Shown here piece after piece: positions 34,001-41,790 of a stretch of DNA of 54,423 bases. Within the stretch, counting starts at the first letter, position 1, and each line of letters opens with the position of its first letter. A model generated the notes under the pieces. The model was not told where the DNA came from. It did not search any database and saw only the letters and a program-made list of their open reading frames with translations. The stretch spans positions 62,001 through 116,423 of the forward strand of contig CAUYUJ010000241.1 of assembly GCA_963575745.1 (NCBI GenBank), given 5' to 3'. The position numbers were made by a program, and so were the translations under genes. The DNA comes from Prorocentrum cordatum. Taxonomy: Eukaryota.

Positions 34001-35127
34001 AGGATTTCGCTGTGCTGATGCTCTCCCGCCGTTCGGTCCTCTCCTCAGGTGTCTCGCTTCATGTGGACTGTGCGGCCACGGTCGGTTGCCTTCGAAACCT
34101 CGCGGGGGCAGCTGGTGCGTCGTCGGCCCGAGCCCACTGGTGGGCTGAGATTGGGGACCGTTTGGAGGGCTTGGCAGTGCATCAGATCCCGTCTCACTCG
34201 TCGATGGTTGATGTTAGGGAAGGCCGTATCACTGAAATGCAGCGTTTCGGGAACTCGGAGGCGGACAGACTCGCCAAGGAAGGAGCTGAGCCATTCCGAA
34301 TTTCGATTGAGGACCGCCAATTTGTGACTGGATATGCAGAGCTTGTCCGACGTGTCGGGCTGTACAGTGCCAGGCAGCAGGCTGAGTGTAGGGATTTGGC
34401 CCTGAACGATCATCAAGGGTTGGAATGGCTCGGCTACGTCCTCCTGGATGCGGTCCCTGGCTTCCCCCTTCCTGGTTCGGACCCTGGGGGTGGTGAGCCA
34501 AGTGCGCCTAGCGGTGTGCCTCAGGTTGCGCCTGGTGCGGGGGAAGCCCCTGGCGAGGCCCCTGGCGCGGTATCCGGTGAGCCGCCTCCCGAGAACCCCC
34601 CGACCCCAGGAGCATGGCTCCAGCTGGGGCACTCCCTTGAGCAGGGGGTGGTATATGAGTCGGATGGCTGCACGTATCACGATACGATGCTGTGTTGCAC
34701 GGCTTGTGGTGCAATGGCACATTCCAGCACGAAACGGGGGAATCTTCGGTTGAGGTGTCGTCCGGTCGCGTCTGGGGGACGGGGGTTTTACCTCGACCGA
34801 TTTCGTGCTGGAAGATATCCTGCCCATAGGAATCCTAAAGGGCTCACTATGGCGTACACGGGTGCCCCCTCTCTTGAGGTTCGCTCGGAGTGGAGGCCCT
34901 TCTTTGAGGCCTGGTCCCAGGGCCGCGACCGCCCTCCGAGAATAGCTCGGGGTGCCCAGCCCTCGCGCCGCGAGGGTCCCGCTGCCGACCGTGCGCGAGG
35001 CCTCGCCATGCTCGGCCTGACGCGGGCGGAGGTCGTGGAGCTGGGGGCCGAGGTCGAGGCCAGGCGCTGGAGAGGCGTTCTTCCCGAGGAGGAGGAGGAT
35101 CTCTTCGGCTGCCTAGGCCCCTCCTAA
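28066..35127 (+). CDS. LINE-B ORF2 polyprotein: APE, RT, CCHC, RNase H, C-terminal Cys/His domain (start uncertain)
   Basis: APE TLNANTW, IQET, SVYG, GGDWN, YDYF, SPH. RT LPKPGGGTRPIGL, YDIRKFYE, IVAGCS, VVDD. CQLC-x8-H-x4-C. RNase H FTDGS, DGE, VDC, PSH, GNSEADRLAK. Tail GHSL...CTACG...C. Confidence 0.92.
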   Translation: MLWRAEPALAKTDTASPRQQPTCTEVPRSRGSRASNIPILALAPWLRLALVSGSAARGFSHPGPVAGGAPYLRAGVRQPSGKNGTASEPSTRRNGRRWQVPKVKFYATTADAVRTQKDRCAASIVAKSSVLVPNHLMTLGPPWRRTSRGRERARERKGTKAAREICSVARAQATSPRHSLLDLFPRFPRPRPSNYSVWLVRLGTLWGPRAMEPWRRGRRRPRSSRGGRGSLPQSRSRRSSRNASTVSSRSWSAGVGRQMSWQSRLGPWPRSCRLPTTRWQPPWWSSRASTEGHQRRSPAACRASACASSSTVRWSWPAVFLVTISLMLRLSRAATRCLKRTYESSRIARTTWLSRCKRCWDRYFAKLWRRPIPPRTSTRSTSNDSKRSDDALLTVALGNKQPPQVGSSLDQGPRQAQRPRQRAHLPRRRLMQLASLPHSWTFALVSLLTLVCRQQNGRGFSHSVSSTQVGATWSSSATPCSWSSLGAVPEKAAASVLSPERSSLSEPACLTAGASPRRAAALEERALTAKSIATSASSRPSSSVELSSSVSGTPCAAVSPSAPVSATPWAAVSPSTSWVASTRFVGLETRCASSLVSSELNCEEEWPRASATCQSAENVTASQNVAVKPNQSLAALSSKPFVARSEEISVSERDSQALLEPGCLRVDCESPSLESGVRSLNPGGNRCSEEVPSQVQSPLAESRAMGVSVEQPQVESQAALQPKQVISLLEGLPPEDRGALGTFKVGTLNANTWPRARSTMPWIEKQCQMPHVLCIQETVLDQSGEAGAHQWTRTCSRKLALGTAKRTGESARSLSAGVGLSAAIGIGVAKLQVPERWQHRVVMRLMTVGAHSWIIIGSVYGVDSIGPKGENLELLEFLSAFLGAQRFPFLLGGDWNLEPEEIMELGWLDLATATIFAPGLPTCNGKEYDYFIGSQALDAFPMSVEARVDTPISPHCYVEIKLEGLRDEPFVWVEAPPRAFPLADQEAKRKAREKAKSAKVTDLTSTTEPPMVPVLDEWQLDAPVNSVEDAAAMWFKAAEKYLVQLFEIPFSDRRLYVGREKGVVLKKKRLVDCAKAILERHDESDTRAWLSALRLWDALCVASSAPSGSKAGRPEHSARCERQLLALKLPEAISDSPSLQAKDVQKWVALAKRGGQLSAWFRTVLAEEVDVRRRKDSQARSKAWREFGDLAADGSGRLAHAISRPKLLEEAPTLAKGKPHGLVGAAAITAVLEEWEELWTSDDRAQEAAPSDWSYPWKLDQISEDQIVQVCRSFGFSTGLGWDNFHMRLVSFLDGVFVRRLQEIISSWERNPHCERMWVTINVFLPKPGGGTRPIGLLCFWARIWSRCRRQYVKGWEASVDAKFFWGKDATTSCDKAAYVHNMLACYARRKRLSAITVFYDIRKFYENVSHQQLREAAEHYSFDGALLKALCCLYRAPRRARWTGGTSRVSYPNGTIVAGCSAATGVAKLMTLCLLKRLAEETPPCRALNVVDDLTTHTIGGPRTVVENTVKSFEIVTSELGSRKLPINWDKTRFMMSDHSQLPALVQDPRWRLSDDKLVIAHRDLGGDSLDGRARRVGTQASRIEAARSTAVALRQLGQSEKHSRVYRVGALAKASWGSHILGIPPTTLHKLRVQAARSWGPLLPGTSLGFRFLSAARLWLRDPLLVTVTSAVKEFVSVWWARSISKPVLEACVQDALAVQGSRAPWGQVRQPVAALFLQLARIRWSFDVSRLALVDDLNRVWSIDRFSPKFFTLLLRGSVVRAIEREEQLKQFDFGMWSGPVFWQPIHQLLGRKCSESWTKSHKAALSALCANVYWCQHRVCEHSPEAPDQCQLCRDGRGTLYHRRFQCVAFAPWRRENLDPVVAKAARAVGHLPTPAGELFSRCLFPNPAAWVERPPRDPQDPCTRHFQWPQDGPLFIPEGAHVFTDGSGFEGELTGLGTAGWAVVVLDRQGRTLAALFGVVPIGEAPGQQARDGEDFAVLMLSRRSVLSSGVSLHVDCAATVGCLRNLAGAAGASSARAHWWAEIGDRLEGLAVHQIPSHSSMVDVREGRITEMQRFGNSEADRLAKEGAEPFRISIEDRQFVTGYAELVRRVGLYSARQQAECRDLALNDHQGLEWLGYVLLDAVPGFPLPGSDPGGGEPSAPSGVPQVAPGAGEAPGEAPGAVSGEPPPENPPTPGAWLQLGHSLEQGVVYESDGCTYHDTMLCCTACGAMAHSSTKRGNLRLRCRPVASGGRGFYLDRFRAGRYPAHRNPKGLTMAYTGAPSLEVRSEWRPFFEAWSQGRDRPPRIARGAQPSRREGPAADRARGLAMLGLTRAEVVELGAEVEARRWRGVLPEEEEDLFGCLGPS
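28197..29447 (+). CDS. LINE-B ORF1 (C4 zinc finger and coiled coil), 416 aa
   Basis: ATG in GCGCCATGG context. CHHCG-x9-CCKHCG zinc finger, GK-rich segment, long coiled-coil-like region. Confidence 0.85.
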   Translation: MAPAGPGEWERRPWVQSSRPRRWGGTIPEGGGSAAKWEKWDSQRAKHEEEWKTVAGPKGEILCHHCGCRKNSKGSMCCKHCGQKLGTRPQPLDDSGAPMASDESGKGASKGKKGYKGGKGDLFGGKGPGNLSTALPPGPVPEIPQAKALELQRLAREAGDAVGAARYGALAQRAAPPPKQSGRQRLIAAEQKQEKLEKRLNSEFEKLERWRRATDELAVTVGALAEELQAADDEVAAALVELQSQHRGPPATESSGLPSISLRKLIDGEMELASRISCDDFIDVEAVKGSHEVSEEDLRELEDRKNNVAKQMQEVLGSVFRQALEKANSAQDQHKEHLKRLQAKRRRTADGCPGEQAAATGGIESGPGASPSPETATASSPAEAPADAVGKPAPQLDIRSRVSADVGVQAAKRSGL

Positions 35128-35699
35128 CTTGTTTGTTTTTTGTTGCATGCGAATTGGGTCACTCCCTTCGTGGTCGCGGGCGTCCTCCTCCTCCCGGTCT
35201 TTCTCCTCCTCCTCCCTCCCTTCCTCCTCCCCCTCCTCCTCCGCCTCCTCCTCCTGGTCTTTCTCCTCCGTCCTCCTCCTCGTTGTCCTCCTCATCCTTG
35301 TCCTCATCATCTCCCTGAAGATTGGCTGCGCTGCTAGGGTCGATCCTCATCATCTCTCCTCCTTCTTCTTCTCCTCCTCCTCCTCCACAACTACACAATA
35401 TGAATACTGCTCTCCTCTCCTCCTCCTTCTCCTCCTTCTCCTTCTCCTCTCCTCCTCCTCCTCCTCCTCTCGTCCTCCTCTCCTCTCCTCTCCTCTTTCT
35501 CCTCTTTCTCCTCCTCCTCCTCCTCTTCCTCCTTCTCCTCTTTCTCCTCCTCCTCCTCCTCCTCCTCCTCCACAATTACACAATCTGAATACTACTCTCC
35601 TCTCTCCCCGGATGACGTCCTGGAAGATCTTCGGCTCCCCTCCGCGTGCTTAACAAAACATAAAAAAGGACTCCCGAGAGTTGGGTTTTAGCTTGGGCT

Positions 35700-35895
35700 G
35701 TTTTTCAAAATGTTGCTCCCGCTGCAGCGGTGGCCTCATTTTCGCGCTTCCGCTCGTTCCGAATCGTGCTCCCGCTGCAGCGCTGGCCTCATCTCCGCGC
35801 TTCCGCTCGTTCCGAATCGTGCTCCCGCTGCAGCGCTGGCCTCATTTCTGTGTTTCCGCTCGTTCCGAATCGTGCTCCCGTTGCCGCGTTGGCGT
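35700..35895. repeat. 53-bp minisatellite (about 3.5 copies)
   Basis: GCTCCCG(C/T)TGC at 35715, 35768, 35821 and 35874. Confidence 0.9.
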
Positions 35896-36616
35896 CATTA
35901 TTTCCAGTACCATGCCACGACATGCAATGCAATGACATGTGGTCTTCCGCTGTGCAAATGCTAGGATCTGCAGTGCTTGACTACGCAGTGCCACGCCATG
36001 CTATGCCATGCTACGCTTTCATTTTCAACGCCATGCTATGCCATGTTATGTTTCTTTGCCGCTAGGCGATGCCATGACATACTACGCTCGGCCGTGTTCT
36101 TCTACACCCTGCTATGCCGTGCTCTACGATGCATCGCGCACCCTCGCGGGATCATTGCCCTGCTGGACATCCGATTGTGCGAATAGAGAAGAGATCGACG
36201 CCAAGGTAAGGGATGCGCGGGAGGGGTAGGACGTCAGATATGACGCGAGCGCACCTAGCTCGTCCTTCTCCCCCTCCCCCTCCCTCCCCCTCCCCCTGCC
36301 TCCTTCCCTCCCTCCTCATTATACCTCGTCCAGCCACCTTTTCCTCCATCCTCTTCCCGCCCCTTCCGATTGAGACCCCGCCGCGGGATGATGTGTATTC
36401 GAAAATGCTGACCTCGAGAGGTGATCATCCTCCGTCCGTGCAGATGATGCAGCTCCTCTCTGAGCAGGAGGCCCGCACAGCTCCAACACGAGAGCACGCT
36501 ACTCGGAAGCGGCCGCGGCCCGTCTTTGTGGCCGCTGGAGTTTGGCGACTCGGCGTATCGAGATGTGAGGAAGCCGCCGGCGGGATCACAGCTGTGTACT
36601 ATGTGCATGCACCAGC

Positions 36617-36829
36617 TTTGGACGTCCGAAATGGGTACGGAAAGAATGTGTACAATGCCCAACAGCAGTTCCTGTTCATTTTGAACAGGACTCGCTGTCC
36701 GCGCCGCCGCGGCCTGTGTCCATTCGAGACAGAAGGCCGCCTGCCCAACAGCGGCCGCTGTTGGTTTGGGACAGCATTTGTTGTTGGGCATTGTACCCAT
36801 TCTTTCCGTACCCATTTCGGGCGTCCAAA
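36617..36829. mobile_element. MITE family 2 (213 bp, 48-bp TIRs, 5-bp TSD CCAGC)
   Basis: TTTGGACGTCCGAAATGGGTACGGAAAGAATGTGTACAATGCCCAACA has an inverted copy ending at 36829 with 2 mismatches. CCAGC lies at 36612-36616 and 36830-36834. Confidence 0.9.
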
Positions 36830-37027
36830 CCAGCGTCCGTTCTTCGGAGAGGGCGCGTGCTTTGGTCGCTCGCAGAGGGGGAGGGGGGAGTGGGCCTCGC
36901 CCTGGCCCCACTCCCCCAGGAAGCGCCCCCCCCTCTCTCCCCCCTGCTCTAGCCTCCAGTGCAGATGGGGAGCGGGGGTTGTCGTTCATTGTGGCCCCGT
37001 CCTCACTACCGCTGGCAAAACACGACG

Positions 37028-37029
37028 GA

Positions 37030-37116
<87 letters not shown>
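37028..37116. repeat. (GTC)n microsatellite, essentially perfect
   Basis: Direct inspection. Confidence 0.97.
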
Positions 37117-38090
37117 TTGCCGGCGCGAGGGAGGGGGTCGTAACTCCGGCTGCCCCTGGCACTCGGGGGAGGGTAGGAGGGGGCTCGGCCTCCCCCCCCA
37201 TCTAGGGGCCTCCCCCCCTCCCTATCTTCAGAGGAGGACAGGGTACCCATACCCCTACCGTTCCCCCGCTTCCCCCCTTGTTGGGCCTGCCGGGAGGCCC
37301 TCGTCGCCACCGCTGGATTCGCCCCGAAATCCTGGCAGAACGCACCCTGGGAAAGAGGTCCTGGGAGTAGCGGTATGGGCACCTTCTCGTCTCCCCACTC
37401 CGAGGAGCCTAGGGGTAAGCCCAAGGTAAGCCTACGGGGTAAGGCTACGGGCAAGCCTATGAAAGCACACCCTAGGGCGGGTTAGGGCAAACGGGACGCC
37501 GAGGGGAAGGCCCAGGGTAGGCCTAGAGGGTAGGCCCAAGGGCAAGGCACCCTAACGTGCGGGTCGGGCCTGGGGGTGACGGGGGGGGAGGGTGGCACTC
37601 AGCGCTCCGCGTCGCCCCAGGGGCCCAGGCAAGGAATGTCAAGGAGCTTCGGCTCTCGGCCGTCGGGCCCACCGAGGCGTCAGCGCAGTCATGGCCACTG
37701 GAGGCGGCGGCAGCTTCTCCAACCGCCTCCTCCCCCTCCTCCTCCTCCTCCTCCTCCTCCTCCTCCTCCTCCTCCTCCTCCCCCTCCTCCTCCTCCTCCT
37801 CCTCCTCCTCCCCCCCGCCTCCTCCTCCTCCGCCTCCTCCTCCTCCTCCTCCTCCTCCTCCTCCTCCTCCCTCCTCCTCCTCCTCCTCCTCCTCCTCTCC
37901 TCTCCCTCCTCCTCCTCCTCCTCCTCCTCCTCCTCCTCCCCTCCCCTCCTCCTCCTCCTCCTCCTCCTCCTCCTCCTCCTCCTCCTCCTCCTCCTCCTCC
38001 TCCTCCTGCGCAATCCCTGCCCATCCCCTTGCTCTTCCTCCTCATCGGGGGAGGAGGAGGTCGACTCTGAGTCCGCTCCCGACGGCCAAG

Positions 38091-38194
38091 GCGTCAGCAC
38101 TGTCATGGTCATCGGCGGCAGTGGCGATTTCTTCCCCATAGCCGACACCGTCATCTGCATGGAGCGCTACCAGGCTAGCGACGTCACCGTCCAG
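38091..38194 (+). CDS. Host gene exon: ABC-class ATPase, (G)VSTVMVIGGSGDFFPIADTVICMERYQASDVTVQ
   Basis: Family motif GVST.LV.GGSGDY...AD.VI.M..Y...DVT. AG acceptor at 38089-38090 completes the split Gly codon from 22947. Probable AG|GA donor. Confidence 0.88.
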
Positions 38195-38629
38195 GAGGGC
38201 CCTCGCACGCGGCGGCCCTCCACCTCCAGCGTCGTGGGCGTCGCTGTCGCCTCCGTCCCCTCCGTCGCTGTCGCCGCCGTGGTATGCCGTCGGAGGCGGA
38301 GGACGAGGAAGAGTGTGAGGGGTGGCAGGAGGAGTAGGAGGAGGAGGAGGAGGAGGAGGAGGAGGAGGAGGAGGAGGAGGAGGAGGATGGGGCGATGAGG
38401 AGTGGAGGAGGAGGAGAAGGAGGGCGAGTACGCAGGGAGTGAGGTGTACAGAATGGGGGGAGGGGAACGGGAGCAGGAGGCAGGTTAGAATGGGAGGTGT
38501 GGGAGGAAAGCAGGAGGTTGTGGGGGCGGGGGCAGCGAGTTGGTGGATGATGGCCACGAGAAGGACGAGGATACGGGGCAGGAAAGCAGGGGCTGTTGGT
38601 GAAGGAGGGAACAAAAAATGTTGGTGTTT

Positions 38630-39462
38630 GTGATGGTGATGATGATAATGATGATGATAATGATGATGATGATGATGATGATGATAATGATGATGATGAT
38701 TATGATGATGACGATGATGATGATGATGATGATGTTGATGATGAGGATGCTGATGCTGACGGTAATGCTGCTGTTGATGGTGATGATGACGATGATGATG
38801 ATGATGGTGATGATGATGATGATGCTGATGCTAATGATGGCAATGGTGATGGTGATGCTGATGAGGACGATGACGAAGACGGTGATGATGAGACTACTGA
38901 TGGTGATGCTCATGATAATGCGGATGCAGGTGATGAGGATTCTGCTGATGATGATGATCATGATGCTGATGACGATCATGACGATGATGACGCTGATGGT
39001 GGTGGTGATGATGATGACGATGATGCTGATGATGTTGATGATGATGGTGGCGATGATTATTGTGATGGTGATGGTGATGGTGATTGTGACGATGGCGATG
39101 ATGGTGATGATGATGAATATGATGGTGATGATACTGATGCTGATGCTGGTGATGATGCTGACGATGCACATCATAATGATGATGGTAATGCTGATGTTGA
39201 TGATGATGATGATGATGATCATGATGATGATGAGGGTGATGGCGATGGCGATAACGATGCCGATTCTACTTATGATGCTGATTATGATTATGATGCTGCT
39301 GATGATGATGGTGATGATGATGATGATGAGGATGATGATGATGGTCATAGTGATGGTGATGGTGATGGTGATGGTGATTGCAATGGTGATGGTGATGGTG
39401 ATGGTGATGGTGGTGGCGGTGATAGTAATGCTGATGGTGATAGTGATAGTAATGACGATGTT
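38630..39462. repeat. Long degenerate (GAT)n microsatellite
   Basis: About 830 bp of GAT, GGT, GCT and GAC triplets held in phase. Confidence 0.95.
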
Positions 39463-41606
39463 GGGAAGGGTGGCGTGGAAGAGCCTGACGAGGTGGACAA
39501 GAAGGGAAGGGGGGCAGAAGGAGGAGGAGGAGGAGGAAGAGGAGGAGAGGGGGATAAAGAGAAAGAGAGAGAGAGAGAGAGGCAGAGAGACAGAGAGAGG
39601 GAGAGAGACCAAACACTGAGGGAGAAAGAGTTATAGAGAGACAGAGGCAGAGAGAGAGGTAGATATAGGAGGAGGGAGATGAAGGGGGAGAGAACTTGGA
39701 GGATTAACAGGAACGCTGTATGATGTGGAAGGTGTGGAGGATGAGAGAGGGGGAGTGGGGACGAGGAGTTGAAGGAGGACGAGGAAGGAGGCTGAGGTGG
39801 AGTGACGGTGGTGGACAACCAATAATAATATTAGCGGGGGAGCAGTTCGAGGGTGATGGTGATGAGGGTCAGGACGATGAGCATGATGATAAGGATGATG
39901 CTGATGAGGATGATTACGATGCTAACTGTGATGAAGCGAGGTAAAAGGGGGAACATGACGGATGAGAAACAGGAGGTGGAGTCGAGAAAGAGGAACAGGA
40001 GTCAGTGAGCAGGAGCAGGCGGAAGCGAGGAGGAAGTGGAGGAGAAAACAGGCGGAGACGAGAGGAGAGAGTCTCCCTCCTTCTTCCCCCACCATTCCCC
40101 CTGCCCCTCCCCTCCCTTCCCTCTCCCCCTTTCTCTTTTTCCCATCTCCCACTCTCCCCCTCCTTCCCCTCCTCTCCCCCTCTCCTCCACCCTCCTCCCC
40201 TTCAACCCCATCTCCCCTCTCTCCCTCTTCCTCCCCCTGCCGACCCCATTCTCACCTTCCCTCTTCCCTTCCACAGTAAGTCATAACAATAACACTACTC
40301 TCTTCTTTTTCCTCTGACAATGTGCAGTGGTGCGCCCGATCCCCCGCGTACTGTTTTCGCTCCGGAGTTCAACATGGGGTTTGACACGAGCCTGGTTTTC
40401 CAATATGTGTGTGTGGGCAGTGGTGTGCATGATGTTCCCCCTGTTCCCGCTTCAGCGCTGGAACACTCTAGGATCTGCGCTTTGCTCCCGTTGTTCGGAA
40501 TAGTGCTCTCGCCCAGCGCGGGCCACATGTATGAAGCCGGTTCACTCCTCATTGTGGTCCCCCCCCCCCTCCTTCAGCCTTGTCTTCCTGCTCATCCCGC
40601 TGTTCCTGCTGCTGCTCCTGCCGTTGCTGCCCCCTCTCCCTCCTCCTCCTGCTCCTCCGTGTCCTGGGCCGCTGGCGGTCCAGGGAGGAGCCTTCGGCCT
40701 TCCTGGAGGGAAGCACGCGAAAAGAGAGAAGAGCGATGCGTCTTCTAAGGCCGTCTCGTATGTTTGTGTATCGCGACTGTCTCCCTAATTAAAGCTGTGC
40801 GTAGCCCGCCTAGCTTTTAGCGGAAGAGGTTCGCTCTCGCCCCGCAGATCAAAAATGTTTGTGTATCGCGAAGGCCTTACGGCCGGCGCCGTCGACCCTG
40901 AATGGGGAACGACGAAAACGGCGGCGGCGGCGACGACGACGACGATGCTGACGTGGGTCAGAGTCCTTCCTCATGGATGCTTCTTGGGGTCTCTTCGAAG
41001 CGCGCTCGGGGGCGCCTGGGGAACACAGTCTAGGGGCCTCTTGGGGGCCTCTCGGGGGCCTCTTGGGTGGCTTCCTGGGGGCTTCTTGGGGGCCTCTTGG
41101 TTCCTCCTGCGAGCCTCTCGGGGCCGAGGCGACTCGTATGGTTGTGTATCTGGGGAGGGGGGGGGGTGGAGCGCTCTTTCGCCGGCGCGCAAGCAAGACA
41201 ATCCACCCTTTCATCTGAAGTAAGCCACTCCGTACATAAGGGAGGATCCGTTCTACTCACATATTCACTCACTCCCTACTCCCCCCTCCTCCCTCCTCAC
41301 TCCTCGCTACCTCCCCCCCTCCTCTTCTCCTCCCTCTTCCCTCCTCCCTCCTCCCTCATCCCTCCTCCACCTTCCCTCATCTCCTCCTCCTCCTCCTCCT
41401 CCTCCTCCTCCTCCTCCTCCTCCTCATCCTTCTCCTCCTCCTCCTCCTCTCGGGCTGTCCTCGGGGGTGCCGCAGGCCGTGGAGCGCCCGTCGGGGTTGG
41501 CCCCGCTCGCCGGTCCGGCAGCGCTGGCAGTCTCGACTTGAGACGGAGGCCAGTGATGACGGTGTTGTTTTTTGGGGGGGTCTCGCCGTGGTTGCCCAGA
41601 CATGAT

Positions 41607-41790
41607 CGCGTCGCCCAAAAAAAAGACAGGACGGCAAGTTTTTCGCTGGTTTCGGCCCCTGGGGGACCTCGCCAGTCCCCGGGACCGTCAAAGAACGACT
41701 CGGGATGACAAATCGGCCCCCGGGGAACGGGTCTGGATTTTCTTGGGCGCCGCAGTGACAGGATCGGGACGTCGCACGTGTGGAGATTGA
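41607..41790. repeat. Dispersed repeat (copy a), homologous to 52700-52850
   Basis: Shared TCGCGTCGC..AAAAA, TTTTCGCT..TTTCGGCC, CCCCGGGA.CGTCAA..AACGACTCGGGATG. Confidence 0.8.

Larger units (their letters stand above)
28025..35182 (+). mobile_element. LINE-B: intact full-length non-LTR retrotransposon (ORF1 + APE-RT-RNase H ORF2), SL-headed, in (CCT)n within a host intron
   Basis: SL and relict SL, intact ORFs, ~55-nt 3' UTR with a T-rich stretch, CCT tracts on both sides. Confidence 0.93.

Noticed and set aside
37629..37651. Exon-like ARNVKELR segment
   Set aside because: It lies between two exons that already join perfectly, so the order is inconsistent with the host protein.
38485..39636. 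Long poly-Asp, poly-Met and poly-Ile ORFs, and similar poly-Pro/Ser/Leu/Glu/His/Thr ORFs elsewhere
   Set aside because: They are translations of stop-free trinucleotide microsatellites, open in several frames on both strands.
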